Origin: a virus | Taxonomy: Duplodnaviria; Caudoviricetes | Strand: one strand, 5' to 3' | IMG/VR virus record: IMGVR_UViG_3300037463_000009 | Location: 1 to 51,985 of that record | DNA: 51,985 bases | Shown: positions 37,039-46,126 of the stretch, piece by piece | How positions within the stretch are numbered: the first letter of the stretch is position 1 | Layout of the letters: the number at the start of each line of letters is the position of its first letter | The notes under the pieces: generated by a model | The model's input: the letters and a program-made list of their open reading frames with translations, nothing else | What the model was told of the DNA's origin: nothing | The model's database searches: none | Made by a program: the position numbers and the translations under genes

Positions 37039-37166
37039 CTGATCAGCGCCGTGCTCAGCGTAGCATGATCGTCAAACGTGCCCGATAGTTCAGAAGCCCG
37101 GATCGTAATAGCCCGATACGCCTATGCAACAGTTATATGGACCGAGCTGGCGGGCGACAAGGACCG

Positions 37167-37379
37167 TTATCGGAACTCAGGATCGGCATGCTGCTGTGCC
37201 GCCTGTCGTTGCTGGGGGGTGACATTCAGAAGAACATCAAGAACACTGTACCCATCCCAATAGCTACCATCAGGCCGCTGCACATGAGGATTGATCTGGA
37301 TCGCTGAATCGTAAATGCTTACCACGTCGCTCAGCCCCACAATCTCAATAAGTGCGTTGATATACGCGTTACGATGCAT
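37167..37379 (-). CDS. Hypothetical protein
   Basis: GGAGG SD. Confidence 0.6.
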   Translation of the reverse strand: MHRNAYINALIEIVGLSDVVSIYDSAIQINPHVQRPDGSYWDGYSVLDVLLNVTPQQRQAAQQHADPEFR

Positions 37380-37425
37380 GACTCCCTCCATGTGATCGAT
37401 TCACATTCGTTTTAATAATCAGTAG

Positions 37426-37740
37426 CTATTCTGAACGGGCCGCGCGGTGTGCGGACAAACCAAGGCAGCGATACGTTTGTGCCTCAGCTTCATCTGGCGT
37501 CGCCTCACGAAGATCGTCAATCGTCCAGATATCCCAGGTGCAAAGGCCGGTTGCTCCGAGGTTGCCATCAGCCTCAACGTACAAGTCGAATGTGTTCGTA
37601 TAGGCTATGGGATCGGTACTTGCCACATCAACGCCAAATGCCTGCAAGATGGGGCCGAGCGGATCATCGACGCAAATCGCCTTAGCCCACTGCCCTGAAG
37701 GCAGTTGATACCACTGACCGTCTTTGAGGTTTCTGGTCAT
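37426..37740 (-). CDS. Hypothetical protein
   Basis: GGAGG SD; ATGA overlap. Confidence 0.7.
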   Translation of the reverse strand: MTRNLKDGQWYQLPSGQWAKAICVDDPLGPILQAFGVDVASTDPIAYTNTFDLYVEADGNLGATGLCTWDIWTIDDLREATPDEAEAQTYRCLGLSAHRAARSE

Positions 37741-38012
37741 ATATCCTCCGAGCCACGCGGCGTGCGAATTTCACCAGTCTGACCATCCATATCGGGTATC
37801 AGTTTATCGAGTTGCGGTCGCAGCTCATGCGCATATTTACTGAAGAGCGGATCGTGATCCAGTAAGATCGGAAACATCTCCGATGCCCGATCGCCATAGA
37901 GCAGTAAAATCTCATTCATGGCGTCCATATCCTGGAGTCGCTCACAGATACATACTGCATCCGGGTTCTCAGCGGCTGGACAGCGCCTGAAATGTTCTGG
38001 CGAAGTAAACAT
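37737..38012 (-). CDS. Hypothetical protein
   Basis: AAGGGG SD. Confidence 0.65.
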   Translation of the reverse strand: MFTSPEHFRRCPAAENPDAVCICERLQDMDAMNEILLLYGDRASEMFPILLDHDPLFSKYAHELRPQLDKLIPDMDGQTGEIRTPRGSEDI

Positions 38013-38114
38013 GGAAACCCCTTCTACACGTACCACGCCCCGCCGTTCCCCAGCGTAGCCCTGCTGGCCTGGCTCATGCCGCGCTGGTGGGGCGGGGCAT
38101 GGGGGACTGATGGG

Positions 38115-38192
38115 CTACCGTCGACGCCGGAGCCATTGATTGATAACCAGGGCCACAGCCAGGAAGATGGTGAACCAAACAGGAAACGTCAT
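38115..38192 (-). CDS. 25-aa hydrophobic peptide (type I toxin-like)
   Basis: GGAGG SD; MTFPVWFTIFLAVALVINQWLRRRR*. Confidence 0.55.
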   Translation of the reverse strand: MTFPVWFTIFLAVALVINQWLRRRR

Positions 38193-38230
38193 AGATCCTC
38201 CATTGCAACAAGTGTCGGGTTATGGTGCAT

Positions 38231-38422
38231 TCAGTCATCCAGGCCGAGGAGCGCCCATTCCTCAGCGCATGACTCACAATCACACTCGTGATTGTGATGT
38301 CCCCATTCGCACTCCTCGCCCTCAGCCAGTTCGCCGACAGCGAACTGGCAGTTAACGCGGCAGTCGGCATAGTGGTCGCGCGACTCTGCACCGCTATTGT
38401 CGCCGGGCATCATATTACTCAT
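38231..38422 (-). CDS. Cys/His-rich acidic small protein
   Basis: GAGGAG SD. Confidence 0.6.
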   Translation of the reverse strand: MSNMMPGDNSGAESRDHYADCRVNCQFAVGELAEGEECEWGHHNHECDCESCAEEWALLGLDD

Positions 38423-38438
38423 GTGCAGCTCCTCGACT

Positions 38439-38942
38439 CTAGACGGGAGGGCCTAACAGCGATCCGCCAGCATCCATACTCGCATCCAGCTCATCCATCA
38501 GCTGCTGTTCGAGGCGTTGCTGAGCAGCAGCATCGGCTGGCTGCATGGATATTGCCAAGACAGCGGAGCGCAACCATCGATCGCTGCCGTCTGCCAGGAG
38601 CACGCCCGGATGCCCTTCACCCTCGTAGATGAGGGCATATCGTCGAGCAGTCGGCTGATCGGCCAGCAGTGTAGCAACGTCGGAGTATGGCTCTTCCCTG
38701 TCCAACAACTCCTCATAGTGATTCTCCAGAAACCATGCAGCATCGACGCCAGTCAAATCATAGACGTTGATGTGCTGGACGTCCGCTTGGAGCCGGATCT
38801 CGCTGGTCACAGCGTAGGTATATGGCCCCCAGGTTTCAACAGGATAGAGCCGATACTCGTGCTTCCGCGCGAAGGCGTGAAGCGCTTTGCGGTCATAACC
38901 CCAGCGACCATTCCGAACATTGGACAAATCATTCTCACGCAT
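38439..38942 (-). CDS. Hypothetical protein
   Basis: GGAGG SD. Confidence 0.7.
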   Translation of the reverse strand: MRENDLSNVRNGRWGYDRKALHAFARKHEYRLYPVETWGPYTYAVTSEIRLQADVQHINVYDLTGVDAAWFLENHYEELLDREEPYSDVATLLADQPTARRYALIYEGEGHPGVLLADGSDRWLRSAVLAISMQPADAAAQQRLEQQLMDELDASMDAGGSLLGPPV

Positions 38943-38987
38943 ACGAACCTCCGATATGGAGTATGAGTCATGGAACAACGTAGAATT

Positions 38988-39227
38988 TCATGCATCGGGC
39001 GAACGTGGAGGCCAGCGACGACCGCGCCGCGGGCGGTTGCTGGCATAGCGCTCCACCTCATGACGCTCGATCAAGTTATCTCGCCCACGCTTGACGGCGA
39101 TCAGCGTACCGCGCCCGATCGCCTGAAGCACACCCTGGCGACTCATGGGTCGCCCGCTGCGCTCGGCAATGAGCGCAGCGGCTTCGTCTGTCGTCAGGAG
39201 AGAGGACGCTCGATTAGCCATGTCCAT
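38988..39227 (-). CDS. Excisionase-like HTH DNA-binding protein
   Basis: LLTTDEAAALI...SRQGVLQAIGRGTLIAVKRGRDNLI. Confidence 0.8.
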   Translation of the reverse strand: MDMANRASSLLTTDEAAALIAERSGRPMSRQGVLQAIGRGTLIAVKRGRDNLIERHEVERYASNRPRRGRRWPPRSPDA

Positions 39228-39492
39228 AGTGATCCTCATCGAGCCCGTCCTGGCGGACTGGTGCCGGTGATGGCGTGCCGCTCGGCAGCGCGACAATCAT
39301 GGCATCGTCGCGACAGTTGCGGCAGTAATCGCTATAGAGCAGCGCGCCACACTCCTCGCAGCGGTGCGTTGGCTCAGCCGTCTCTCCGTCGCACCAGGAG
39401 TTGTCATCACGCTTTGTCGGGCAGTACCAGCCACTTCCATGGCGACTGGGTCGCATCGGCTTGTTGTGGATCGGGCAGGTCTGTGCTGACAT
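39214..39492 (-). CDS. Zn-binding hypothetical protein
   Basis: CPIH...C...C; CEEC...CRNC. Confidence 0.7.
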   Translation of the reverse strand: MSAQTCPIHNKPMRPSRHGSGWYCPTKRDDNSWCDGETAEPTHRCEECGALLYSDYCRNCRDDAMIVALPSGTPSPAPVRQDGLDEDHYGHG

Positions 39493-39833
39493 TATTTGCC
39501 TCGATGTTTGTTGATAATGTTCTTCGCCGTCTCTTCGCCGTACTTCGATTTGAGCGCCCGCGCACCGGCACTGCGCTGGTGCTGCGCGACGCGCGCGTTC
39601 AGGGTCTCTGCCATCCGCGCGTCATTCATTCCGCCAAGCTGCTGCCAGTTGATGTTCAGGTGGTACATCGCGCCGATGCGGTAGGCGATCATATAGCAAC
39701 GCAGGGCTTCGTCGCGGCGCGCCTCTGGGACGAAGCGCAGGGCGCTTTCGCGGTTCTCGATGTCGCGGCGGCTCATATTGGTGTCCGTCAGGTCGATGGT
39801 CGTCAGTGTCTCGGTGGTGATATAGGTGGTCAT
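39492..39833 (-). CDS. Hypothetical protein
   Basis: GGAGG SD; first gene after a promoter. Confidence 0.7.
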   Translation of the reverse strand: MTTYITTETLTTIDLTDTNMSRRDIENRESALRFVPEARRDEALRCYMIAYRIGAMYHLNINWQQLGGMNDARMAETLNARVAQHQRSAGARALKSKYGEETAKNIINKHRGK

Positions 39834-39865
39834 GATTGGTGCCTCCATCGTTGTTTGCTCTATCA

Positions 39866-39896
39866 TAATTGTATTACATGTAATACAATTAGTCAA
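39866..39896 (-). promoter_or_regulatory. Sigma70-type promoter overlaid by a 26-bp perfect palindrome
   Basis: TTGACT-17-TACAAT; TAATTGTATTACATGTAATACAATTA. Confidence 0.8.
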
Positions 39897-40025
39897 GTAC
39901 TTTCAAGACCAATCTCCAAAATCCGAAGATATCGGAATTTGCGTATCTATGTCGCCAGCCTGGACACGCTGAGCAGCGCATCCCAATGCCACAAATCGCA
40001 TGTCGAGAACCCCATTCCTTCCAAC

Positions 40026-40068
40026 CCCTGCGCATGCCCTTGCGCATGCCCTTGCGGTAGCCTTGCGG
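40026..40068. repeat. Degenerate ~12-bp tandem repeat
   Basis: ccctgcgcatg cccttgcgcatg cccttgcggtag ccttgcgg. Confidence 0.7.
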
Positions 40069-40293
40069 GTCTGCTCAGGCATGCTCAGGACCGTGATCAG
40101 GCCGTGCCCAGGATCATGTTCAGAACCCATGTCTCGACGTGCTCAGGCTCAACTATGTTCGACAAAAATCAGAGTCTTACCATGAAGTTACTATGCTTTT
40201 AGTATTAGGTAAGTGTTATCTAAGTGCAGAGACCGTCTAGGGCATTACAAAGCAGAATGCCGGGCGTTTTTGGCACCCGACATCTTTATACTG

Positions 40294-40569
40294 CTACTCG
40301 CTCTGTTGCTTCAACGTGCAACTGCGGCAACGTCCCGGCGCATCCGGCAAGATGAGCGGCTGCTCACAGCCTGCACAGACCCGCCCGATTGCTTTTGCTC
40401 GGCTCCGGCAGCGAGCGCAGTCATTGTGCCTGAACGCCAGGCCGTAAGCCGGGTCGCGGCCCAGTGGCTGGCCGCACAGCGTTACTGCCGTCCCTTCGTC
40501 CGGCAGCGTCAGATGTACCTTTGTGCCGATCCACACGGGGCGCACAGTCCCACGCGACTCTTCTTCCAT
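40294..40569 (-). CDS. Zn-finger hypothetical protein
   Basis: H...C...CARC; CAGC...CRSC. Confidence 0.65.
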   Translation of the reverse strand: MEEESRGTVRPVWIGTKVHLTLPDEGTAVTLCGQPLGRDPAYGLAFRHNDCARCRSRAKAIGRVCAGCEQPLILPDAPGRCRSCTLKQQSE

Positions 40570-40571
40570 CG

Positions 40572-41057
40572 CTATGCTCCATCCGGATCGGGCAACAGCG
40601 GACGCGCCTCGTACTCCTTGAGCCAGGCGTCATCAACCTCGTGGCGCTGACCAACATCAAAAAGTTGTTTCAACTCATTCCAGGCGACACACTCGCCGAT
40701 CAGCAAGCCATGCCGCATGATGTACTTCCGCATCTGTATCAGCAACGCCTTCACGCGATTGAACTGCTTATCACCCCGCGCACTACCCAGGCTCCGATCG
40801 CGAATCTTCCACACGCCTCGCACCAGGATATTAGCCGCGAAGTGGCCGTACCCAGCAGCCGTCGGTACCGCTCGGATCGCTTCCGGGTCGCGCTCGATCT
40901 CCTGAGCATACGCCAACAACACCTGGGCGCACGCCTCGCGCTCGGCAGCGATAGTAGCGGCAATGGCCTCAATAAGACCTTCACGCTCCCAGTCCTCTAG
41001 CGTCGCGCAGTGTTCTTGAGTAACCAACATCCGGGCTGTTTCTCGATCATTTTGCAT
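40572..41057 (-). CDS. Hypothetical protein
   Basis: AAGGGAG SD; AAEREACA motif common in phage early proteins. Confidence 0.65.
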   Translation of the reverse strand: MQNDRETARMLVTQEHCATLEDWEREGLIEAIAATIAAEREACAQVLLAYAQEIERDPEAIRAVPTAAGYGHFAANILVRGVWKIRDRSLGSARGDKQFNRVKALLIQMRKYIMRHGLLIGECVAWNELKQLFDVGQRHEVDDAWLKEYEARPLLPDPDGA

Positions 41058-41139
41058 GCTCAGGGTCTCCCTTTCTTCATGTCGTTTTGGGGTCGCCATG
41101 GATGTCGTTTTGGCGTCGTTAGCGAGTCCTACAGGCGGT

Positions 41140-41417
41140 ATTTTGGCCGTAACTTTGGTGAAATTTTGGCCGTAACTTTGGCAAACTGGAGCCACCATTC
41201 CACCGCATTGCAATGACCTAAACCAAACGACATATATATGTATTCGCACCGATTTGCGACATCGGACGCGATCTCGGACGCGATCTCGGTGCGACAACCG
41301 TGCGACAACCGTGCGACAACCGTGCGACAGAGCGGCAGGTTTAGAGCCTTCCCATGCTCTAAACCTGCTGACAATATATCAAACTCCCCGTATATACGGG
41401 TATATACAGGTATATAC
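41140..41417. repeat. Non-coding cluster of four different tandem/direct repeats
   Basis: 19 bp x2, 12 bp x2, 11 bp x3.7, GTATATAC x3. Confidence 0.85.
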
Positions 41418-41921
41418 TCAGAACGGCAGATCATCTTCATCATAGACTGGTTTGACAGGCCGTCTCGGCGTCGCTCCTCGTGGTGCTGGTGCAGGCTGCG
41501 CAGGCTGAACGGGAGCGCTCTTCGACGTCTGCCGCGCGCTGCTCGGCATCGGCGGCTCTGGCGGCAGCGACTCCTCCTGGCGCGGCTTCGTGTCGAGCAT
41601 GATCATATCACTGGCGATCACCTCGGTCTTGAAGCGCTTCTGCCCGCTTTCCTGATCTTCCCAGGAGCGGGTTTGTAACCGGCCCTCGACGTACACCCGC
41701 GAACCTTTGCGCAGGTACTCGCCGCAGATCTCGCCCAGCTTGTTCCAGGCCACCACCGAGAACCATTCAGTGTCGTCGCGGGCCTCGCCATCGCCGGTCT
41801 TGTAGCTGCGGTTCGAGGCGACGCTGAAGGTCGTCACGGTGCTGCCCTGCGGCGTGATGCGGATCTCCGGGTCTTGCCCGAGACGGCCCGTGAGCTGCAC
41901 TTTGTTCAGGTCTTTGGACAT
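41418..41921 (-). CDS. ssb: Single-stranded DNA-binding protein
   Basis: LNKVQLTGRLGQDPE...VYVEGRLQTRSW...DDLPF. Confidence 0.97.
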   Translation of the reverse strand: MSKDLNKVQLTGRLGQDPEIRITPQGSTVTTFSVASNRSYKTGDGEARDDTEWFSVVAWNKLGEICGEYLRKGSRVYVEGRLQTRSWEDQESGQKRFKTEVIASDMIMLDTKPRQEESLPPEPPMPSSARQTSKSAPVQPAQPAPAPRGATPRRPVKPVYDEDDLPF

Positions 41922-41933
41922 AAATACCTCTTT

Positions 41934-42269
41934 TTACCCGTAAACCTGCGAGAGATCGACGGTAATAAATGACTTGACCGACTCGGGAAGTTCTGAAACA
42001 ACGTGATCGAAGCTATTGAGCTGCATACATTCCGATGCCTCGCGTAGCTCAGTCAATGCAGCATTGAGCGCGTCCACGATCTGCGGTGCTGCCGCGAAGA
42101 GTTGTGCGTACGCGACCAACTCCTTGTCGGCATCCGAGTAGTCTCGATCCTCATCCGCGCGCAATACAGCGATCTCGGTAAATGGACGATCAGCCTTGGC
42201 AACGATTAAGGTGTTGTCATCGTTCGCGCGTGAGCGTGCAACCAGCGGTTGGAAGGTGATCTTGGACAT
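41934..42269 (-). CDS. Hypothetical phage protein
   Basis: AQLFAAAPQI motif. Confidence 0.7.
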   Translation of the reverse strand: MSKITFQPLVARSRANDDNTLIVAKADRPFTEIAVLRADEDRDYSDADKELVAYAQLFAAAPQIVDALNAALTELREASECMQLNSFDHVVSELPESVKSFITVDLSQVYG

Positions 42270-42363
42270 GATCTACTCACTTTCGTAATGTAAGATTTTG
42301 TACCGGATATTACATTAGCTGTGTTTGTGGCCTTGGAATGCCATCATCCGAATGTACATGCAT

Positions 42364-42708
42364 CTATTCCTGCATCGCAAAGCCGAACGGTGCGATCCAT
42401 CCGGTAGTAAGATAGTGCTGAAGCGCTTCAGCAAAGCTGTACTGCTTCCCTGACTCGCCAAAGATGCCGTCGCTATCCAAAAAGACCGTCTCCTGCATCT
42501 GCTGGTCAGTCAGTTCAACTGGGAACACGCCTTCCATCTGGCGCTCGGCTTCTTCTTCGCCGACACACGAGACCAATTCGGCGATCGCCTGCTCTCGTGA
42601 CGTGGCCGCATACCATTCGTACTCGTTGACCTGATAGACGCGCACCGGCTGCCGCACATCGAACGCCCCGACATCATCGAACAGCGAGTGTTGTGTGGTC
42701 ACGTTCAT
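42364..42708 (-). CDS. Hypothetical protein
   Basis: AAGGAG SD. Confidence 0.7.
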   Translation of the reverse strand: MNVTTQHSLFDDVGAFDVRQPVRVYQVNEYEWYAATSREQAIAELVSCVGEEEAERQMEGVFPVELTDQQMQETVFLDSDGIFGESGKQYSFAEALQHYLTTGWIAPFGFAMQE

Positions 42709-42812
42709 CTCCTTAGTCTTGACACTTTTTCGCGCTCATGCGCTATGTTGTCATTGATGGGTGGTTTCGCGTGTCTGGAAGCCGTATTTTTGGCACATCC
42801 CACAACATAGCG

Positions 42813-43109
42813 CTATGAGCAATAATTGTGTAAATCCTTTTCGGACAGGTTCACAACCAGGATCTCGATGTGGCCGCACTGCTCCTGGACACGCACATGA
42901 TCGGCGATCCAGGCGTACCAGATGCGCTCCACCGGCAGCCAGTCGACATACGGCATGCGGTAGTGGCCGTCGTCCTCATTGGCGCAGCGATAGGTACAGC
43001 CCGCTGACGTGGGAATACCCGTCACGGTTTCCCACTCGTCGATCTCCAGCAGGACATCGCCGTCGCATTCCGGGCACTGGGCGATCGAGGGTGGTAGTTT
43101 GATCTTCAT
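42813..43109 (-). CDS. Zn-ribbon hypothetical protein
   Basis: AGGAGG SD; CPEC. Confidence 0.65.
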   Translation of the reverse strand: MKIKLPPSIAQCPECDGDVLLEIDEWETVTGIPTSAGCTYRCANEDDGHYRMPYVDWLPVERIWYAWIADHVRVQEQCGHIEILVVNLSEKDLHNYCS

Positions 43110-43117
43110 CACTCCTC

Positions 43118-44020
43118 CTACGCTACCAGCAGACGATCTGCACGTCCTGGATACCTCAGCCACATCAGGGCATCTCGCTCGATCTGGCGAGCGCGTTCGC
43201 GGGTAATACCAAACTCTTTGCCCACCTCTTCGAGCGTCCGTGGCCCGCCGCCATCGAGTCCGAACCGTAATTCAAGAACCCGGCGCTCACGATCGCCCAA
43301 CTCGGCCAGCAGTACGCGAAGCTGCTCAGCCTGGAGCTGCTGCTCGACGGCAAGCTCAGTCACTTCAGGTCCGGGGATGTAGTCAGCCAGCGACCGCTCG
43401 TCGCCGTCCTTGCTGGATATGATCGGCGCGTCCAGCGATACCATCGGCTTCAGCGCGCTGAGCAGCGCCTGCGTCTTCTTTGGCGTCAGATCTAGCACCG
43501 CAGCCAGCTCATCGATGGTTGGCTCACGTTGCAGCGCATCGACAAGCCGATCGCGGACCTGGCGCATGCGGCTGAGCGACTCGCCGATGTGGACCGGCAA
43601 GCGTACCAGGCGACTCTGATCGGCCAGTGCGCGGGTGACCGCCTGACGAATCCACCAGGTTGCGTACGTCGAAAACTTAAACCCTTTGCGGTAGTCGAAC
43701 TTCTCGACGGCGCGCATCAGCCCGATGTTGCCTTCTTGGATCAGGTCTTCGAGCGGCATGTCATGGCCTCGGTACTTTTTGGCAATCGACATGACCAGGC
43801 GCAGGTTATGGCAGATCAACTCCTCGCGCGCCGCCTGATCACCTGCCTCCATACGCTGACAGAGCGCAACCTCCTCGGCAGCACTGAGCAGCTCATGCCG
43901 AATATCGCGCACATACTGCGCCAGGCCGTTGATCAACTCGGCCCGCTCTTCCCCGTCGTCGAAGAGATCGAACGGATCGACCTCCAGCTCAGGCGACGGG
44001 GCTAGGAAGGGTCCGAACAT
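43118..44020 (-). CDS. RpoD/sigma70-family RNA polymerase sigma factor
   Basis: NLRLVMSIAKKY, DLIQEGNIGLMRAVEKFD, KFSTYATWWIRQA, RTLEEVGKEFGITRERARQIE. Confidence 0.97.
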   Translation of the reverse strand: MFGPFLAPSPELEVDPFDLFDDGEERAELINGLAQYVRDIRHELLSAAEEVALCQRMEAGDQAAREELICHNLRLVMSIAKKYRGHDMPLEDLIQEGNIGLMRAVEKFDYRKGFKFSTYATWWIRQAVTRALADQSRLVRLPVHIGESLSRMRQVRDRLVDALQREPTIDELAAVLDLTPKKTQALLSALKPMVSLDAPIISSKDGDERSLADYIPGPEVTELAVEQQLQAEQLRVLLAELGDRERRVLELRFGLDGGGPRTLEEVGKEFGITRERARQIERDALMWLRYPGRADRLLVA

Positions 44021-44436
44021 GGCTCCTCCTGCGCGGCCTGGGGTTGCTCCTGGGTAGCAGGCTCCTGCGGCTTGTTTGGGCAACTGTAATAGTGCTTGTT
44101 GCCCTTCTTTGGTACGAGCAGCTTCCCGCAGCCGTATCGGCACGGCTTGCGCTGCTCGGCCTCCTGATGGCCGTTCGCGCCGGTGAGCTGCGGCGGTTCG
44201 ATGGTCGTAATCTCGATCGCTGGCATCGGCAGTTGCTGTGACGGCAACGCACCGGCGTGGTACGCCGAGCGCAGCGCCTCTTCCAGCGGGACACATGCGC
44301 CGAGCGGTACACGCTCGATCGTGGCCTGATTCGGATTGGCGTGCGTGACGACGAGCAGCGCCACCTGGCCGTGGTCAGATACCAGGTGCGCGCCAGCCGG
44401 GACGGTCAATGCTGCGTATAAAGCTGAGAGATCCAT
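44002..44436 (-). CDS. Hypothetical protein with a C-terminal Zn-finger
   Basis: CRYGCG...H...C. Confidence 0.65.
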   Translation of the reverse strand: MDLSALYAALTVPAGAHLVSDHGQVALLVVTHANPNQATIERVPLGACVPLEEALRSAYHAGALPSQQLPMPAIEITTIEPPQLTGANGHQEAEQRKPCRYGCGKLLVPKKGNKHYYSCPNKPQEPATQEQPQAAQEEPCSDPS

Positions 44437-44493
44437 GGTGGTACCTCACGTGTGGCGCAAACCCGAAATAATTTCGGGTTTGCCGATCTGTCA

Positions 44494-45444
44494 TTACGAA
44501 CGATAGGCTCCGACCAGGCGCTCCGGCACCTGCTCCAGCGCTTCCTTCTTGGCTTTGACCTGGTTGGCGAGCTGCACCCACTCCTCGACCGTCTTCGGCT
44601 TGGATAAGCGTCGACCGAGAAACGACTCAACGTGCCGCCAGTGCATCCCGCCGATCGTTTCGGCATAGCGACCATAGAACCGGCGCTCGGCCTCTGTGGT
44701 GCTCATGGCACGCGCTGAAGCTTCTTCTTGCGGCCAGTGTTCAGGCGCTACCTCAACTCCCTCCGCAGCCTGCTCCGGGTAGAGCGTGGCCAGCTCGGCA
44801 GGATACTCCTGGTTGAGCTGCAAGTGACGCGGGCGCGGCAGCTTGATGATCGGCTTGATCGAGCGCCTGTCGCCGGTGCGCTCGACCAACAGCACGGCAT
44901 CGGCCTCGTAGGTGATGTGCTCGTCGGCCAGCACGCGCAGGCCGTCGTCGGCGAGTGCGTTGCCATTGGTTTTGTACTTCTTTGCCAGGTGGCCGATGAT
45001 CACGACGTGAAACCCGGCATGCTTCAGCTCGGTCAGGCCGGTGTAAATGGCCTGGAGGTTGCGATTCACGGACGCATGCTCATCGTACGACAGCGAGGCT
45101 TTGCGGTCGGTCTCGGCTCCAGCACGCTGCTGTGCATAGGAGCGCATCGCCTGCAAGACTTTCGAGATCGAGTCCAGGATTACCACGTCGCCAGCCTGGC
45201 CGCTGCGCTTCACTTCGCGCATCGCATCGAGGAGCTTCTTGAGCGACAACGTTTGAATGGCTTGAATGTCGCGGTGGATGCCGTCCTTGCCGACCAGGTT
45301 CTGCGCCGCCCCTTCGGTGTCGAGGATATAAATTGTTGAGTTGTTCGACCGCGCCGACGCTGCCAAGTGAGACTTCCCGACTCCACTCGCACCTGTCACA
45401 ATGTAGAGTGATCCAGTTCGCAAATCTTTGAGGGATTTAAACAT
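44494..45444 (-). CDS. AAA_24 / Sak4-like recombination ATPase
   Basis: GASGVGKS, LDTEG, VILDSIS, VVIIGH. Confidence 0.85.
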   Translation of the reverse strand: MFKSLKDLRTGSLYIVTGASGVGKSHLAASARSNNSTIYILDTEGAAQNLVGKDGIHRDIQAIQTLSLKKLLDAMREVKRSGQAGDVVILDSISKVLQAMRSYAQQRAGAETDRKASLSYDEHASVNRNLQAIYTGLTELKHAGFHVVIIGHLAKKYKTNGNALADDGLRVLADEHITYEADAVLLVERTGDRRSIKPIIKLPRPRHLQLNQEYPAELATLYPEQAAEGVEVAPEHWPQEEASARAMSTTEAERRFYGRYAETIGGMHWRHVESFLGRRLSKPKTVEEWVQLANQVKAKKEALEQVPERLVGAYRS

Positions 45445-46099
45445 CTTTGTACACCTCGCGCGCGATAATTTTGCGGATCGTCGCTCGGCTTACGCCAAAC
45501 CGCTGACCAAGATCGTTCTTGGTAAAACCACCTTTCGCAAACAAGGTGCGCACCTCGACCGCCTGTTCATAGGTCAACTTGCGCTGCTTTGCGTGCGCAT
45601 GACGTGGGGCTTTTCGGCCTCGTGAGGCGGCACCGATTCGCGCCAATGCTTCAGGGGAGAAGGTGAGTTTTGGGCGATTGCTATGCGCCCGCTTGAGTGC
45701 AGCACTTCGTTTCGCAAGGGTCTCCTGAGATGGCTTGATACCCCGGTGCGCCATACTTAATCGCTGACGGTGCAGGGCAGAGAACTGCCGGGTGTTACCA
45801 GGACAGCCCTTTCCGCCATCTGTCTGATTCGTCAGGTTGTTACGCCCGTAGTGCGCAATCCATGCCTTTTCGTGTTCATACGCGACATCGCGATCATCGC
45901 TGCTAAATAGGACGGTGCGGACAATCTCTTGACCCGCAGCCCAGATCTCGCGGATCGTGTGGCACTTCGGACAGTGATGACCAGAACGTGCCTCGCGATC
46001 GTGGCGAAACATTCGATCCCCTGATCCCATGCCGACGTAAAACGGTGTTCCATCGGCTCGTGACAGGACGTACACGTAATATTTATGCTCCACGTTCAT
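45437..46099 (-). CDS. GIY-YIG homing endonuclease with NUMOD3 and HTH
   Basis: YVY...FYVGMG..R; E; NLTNQTDGG; HRQRLSMAHRG; C-terminal HTH. Confidence 0.9.
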   Translation of the reverse strand: MNVEHKYYVYVLSRADGTPFYVGMGSGDRMFRHDREARSGHHCPKCHTIREIWAAGQEIVRTVLFSSDDRDVAYEHEKAWIAHYGRNNLTNQTDGGKGCPGNTRQFSALHRQRLSMAHRGIKPSQETLAKRSAALKRAHSNRPKLTFSPEALARIGAASRGRKAPRHAHAKQRKLTYEQAVEVRTLFAKGGFTKNDLGQRFGVSRATIRKIIAREVYKDV

Positions 46100-46126
46100 G
46101 CGTTGCCTCCTGCCTCAAAGCTTCAT

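Noticed and set aside
38970-40202. Long antisense ORFs (also 2932-4215, 32283-33521, 35465-36454)
   Set aside because: Shadow frames of real genes in high-GC DNA, with no motifs or SD
41262-41329. Mini-CRISPR array
   Set aside because: Units are 11-12 bp and contiguous, with no spacers and no cas genes
45437-46126. Group I intron around the homing endonuclease
   Set aside because: No non-coding room for an intron core, and the downstream gene has its own complete 5' end
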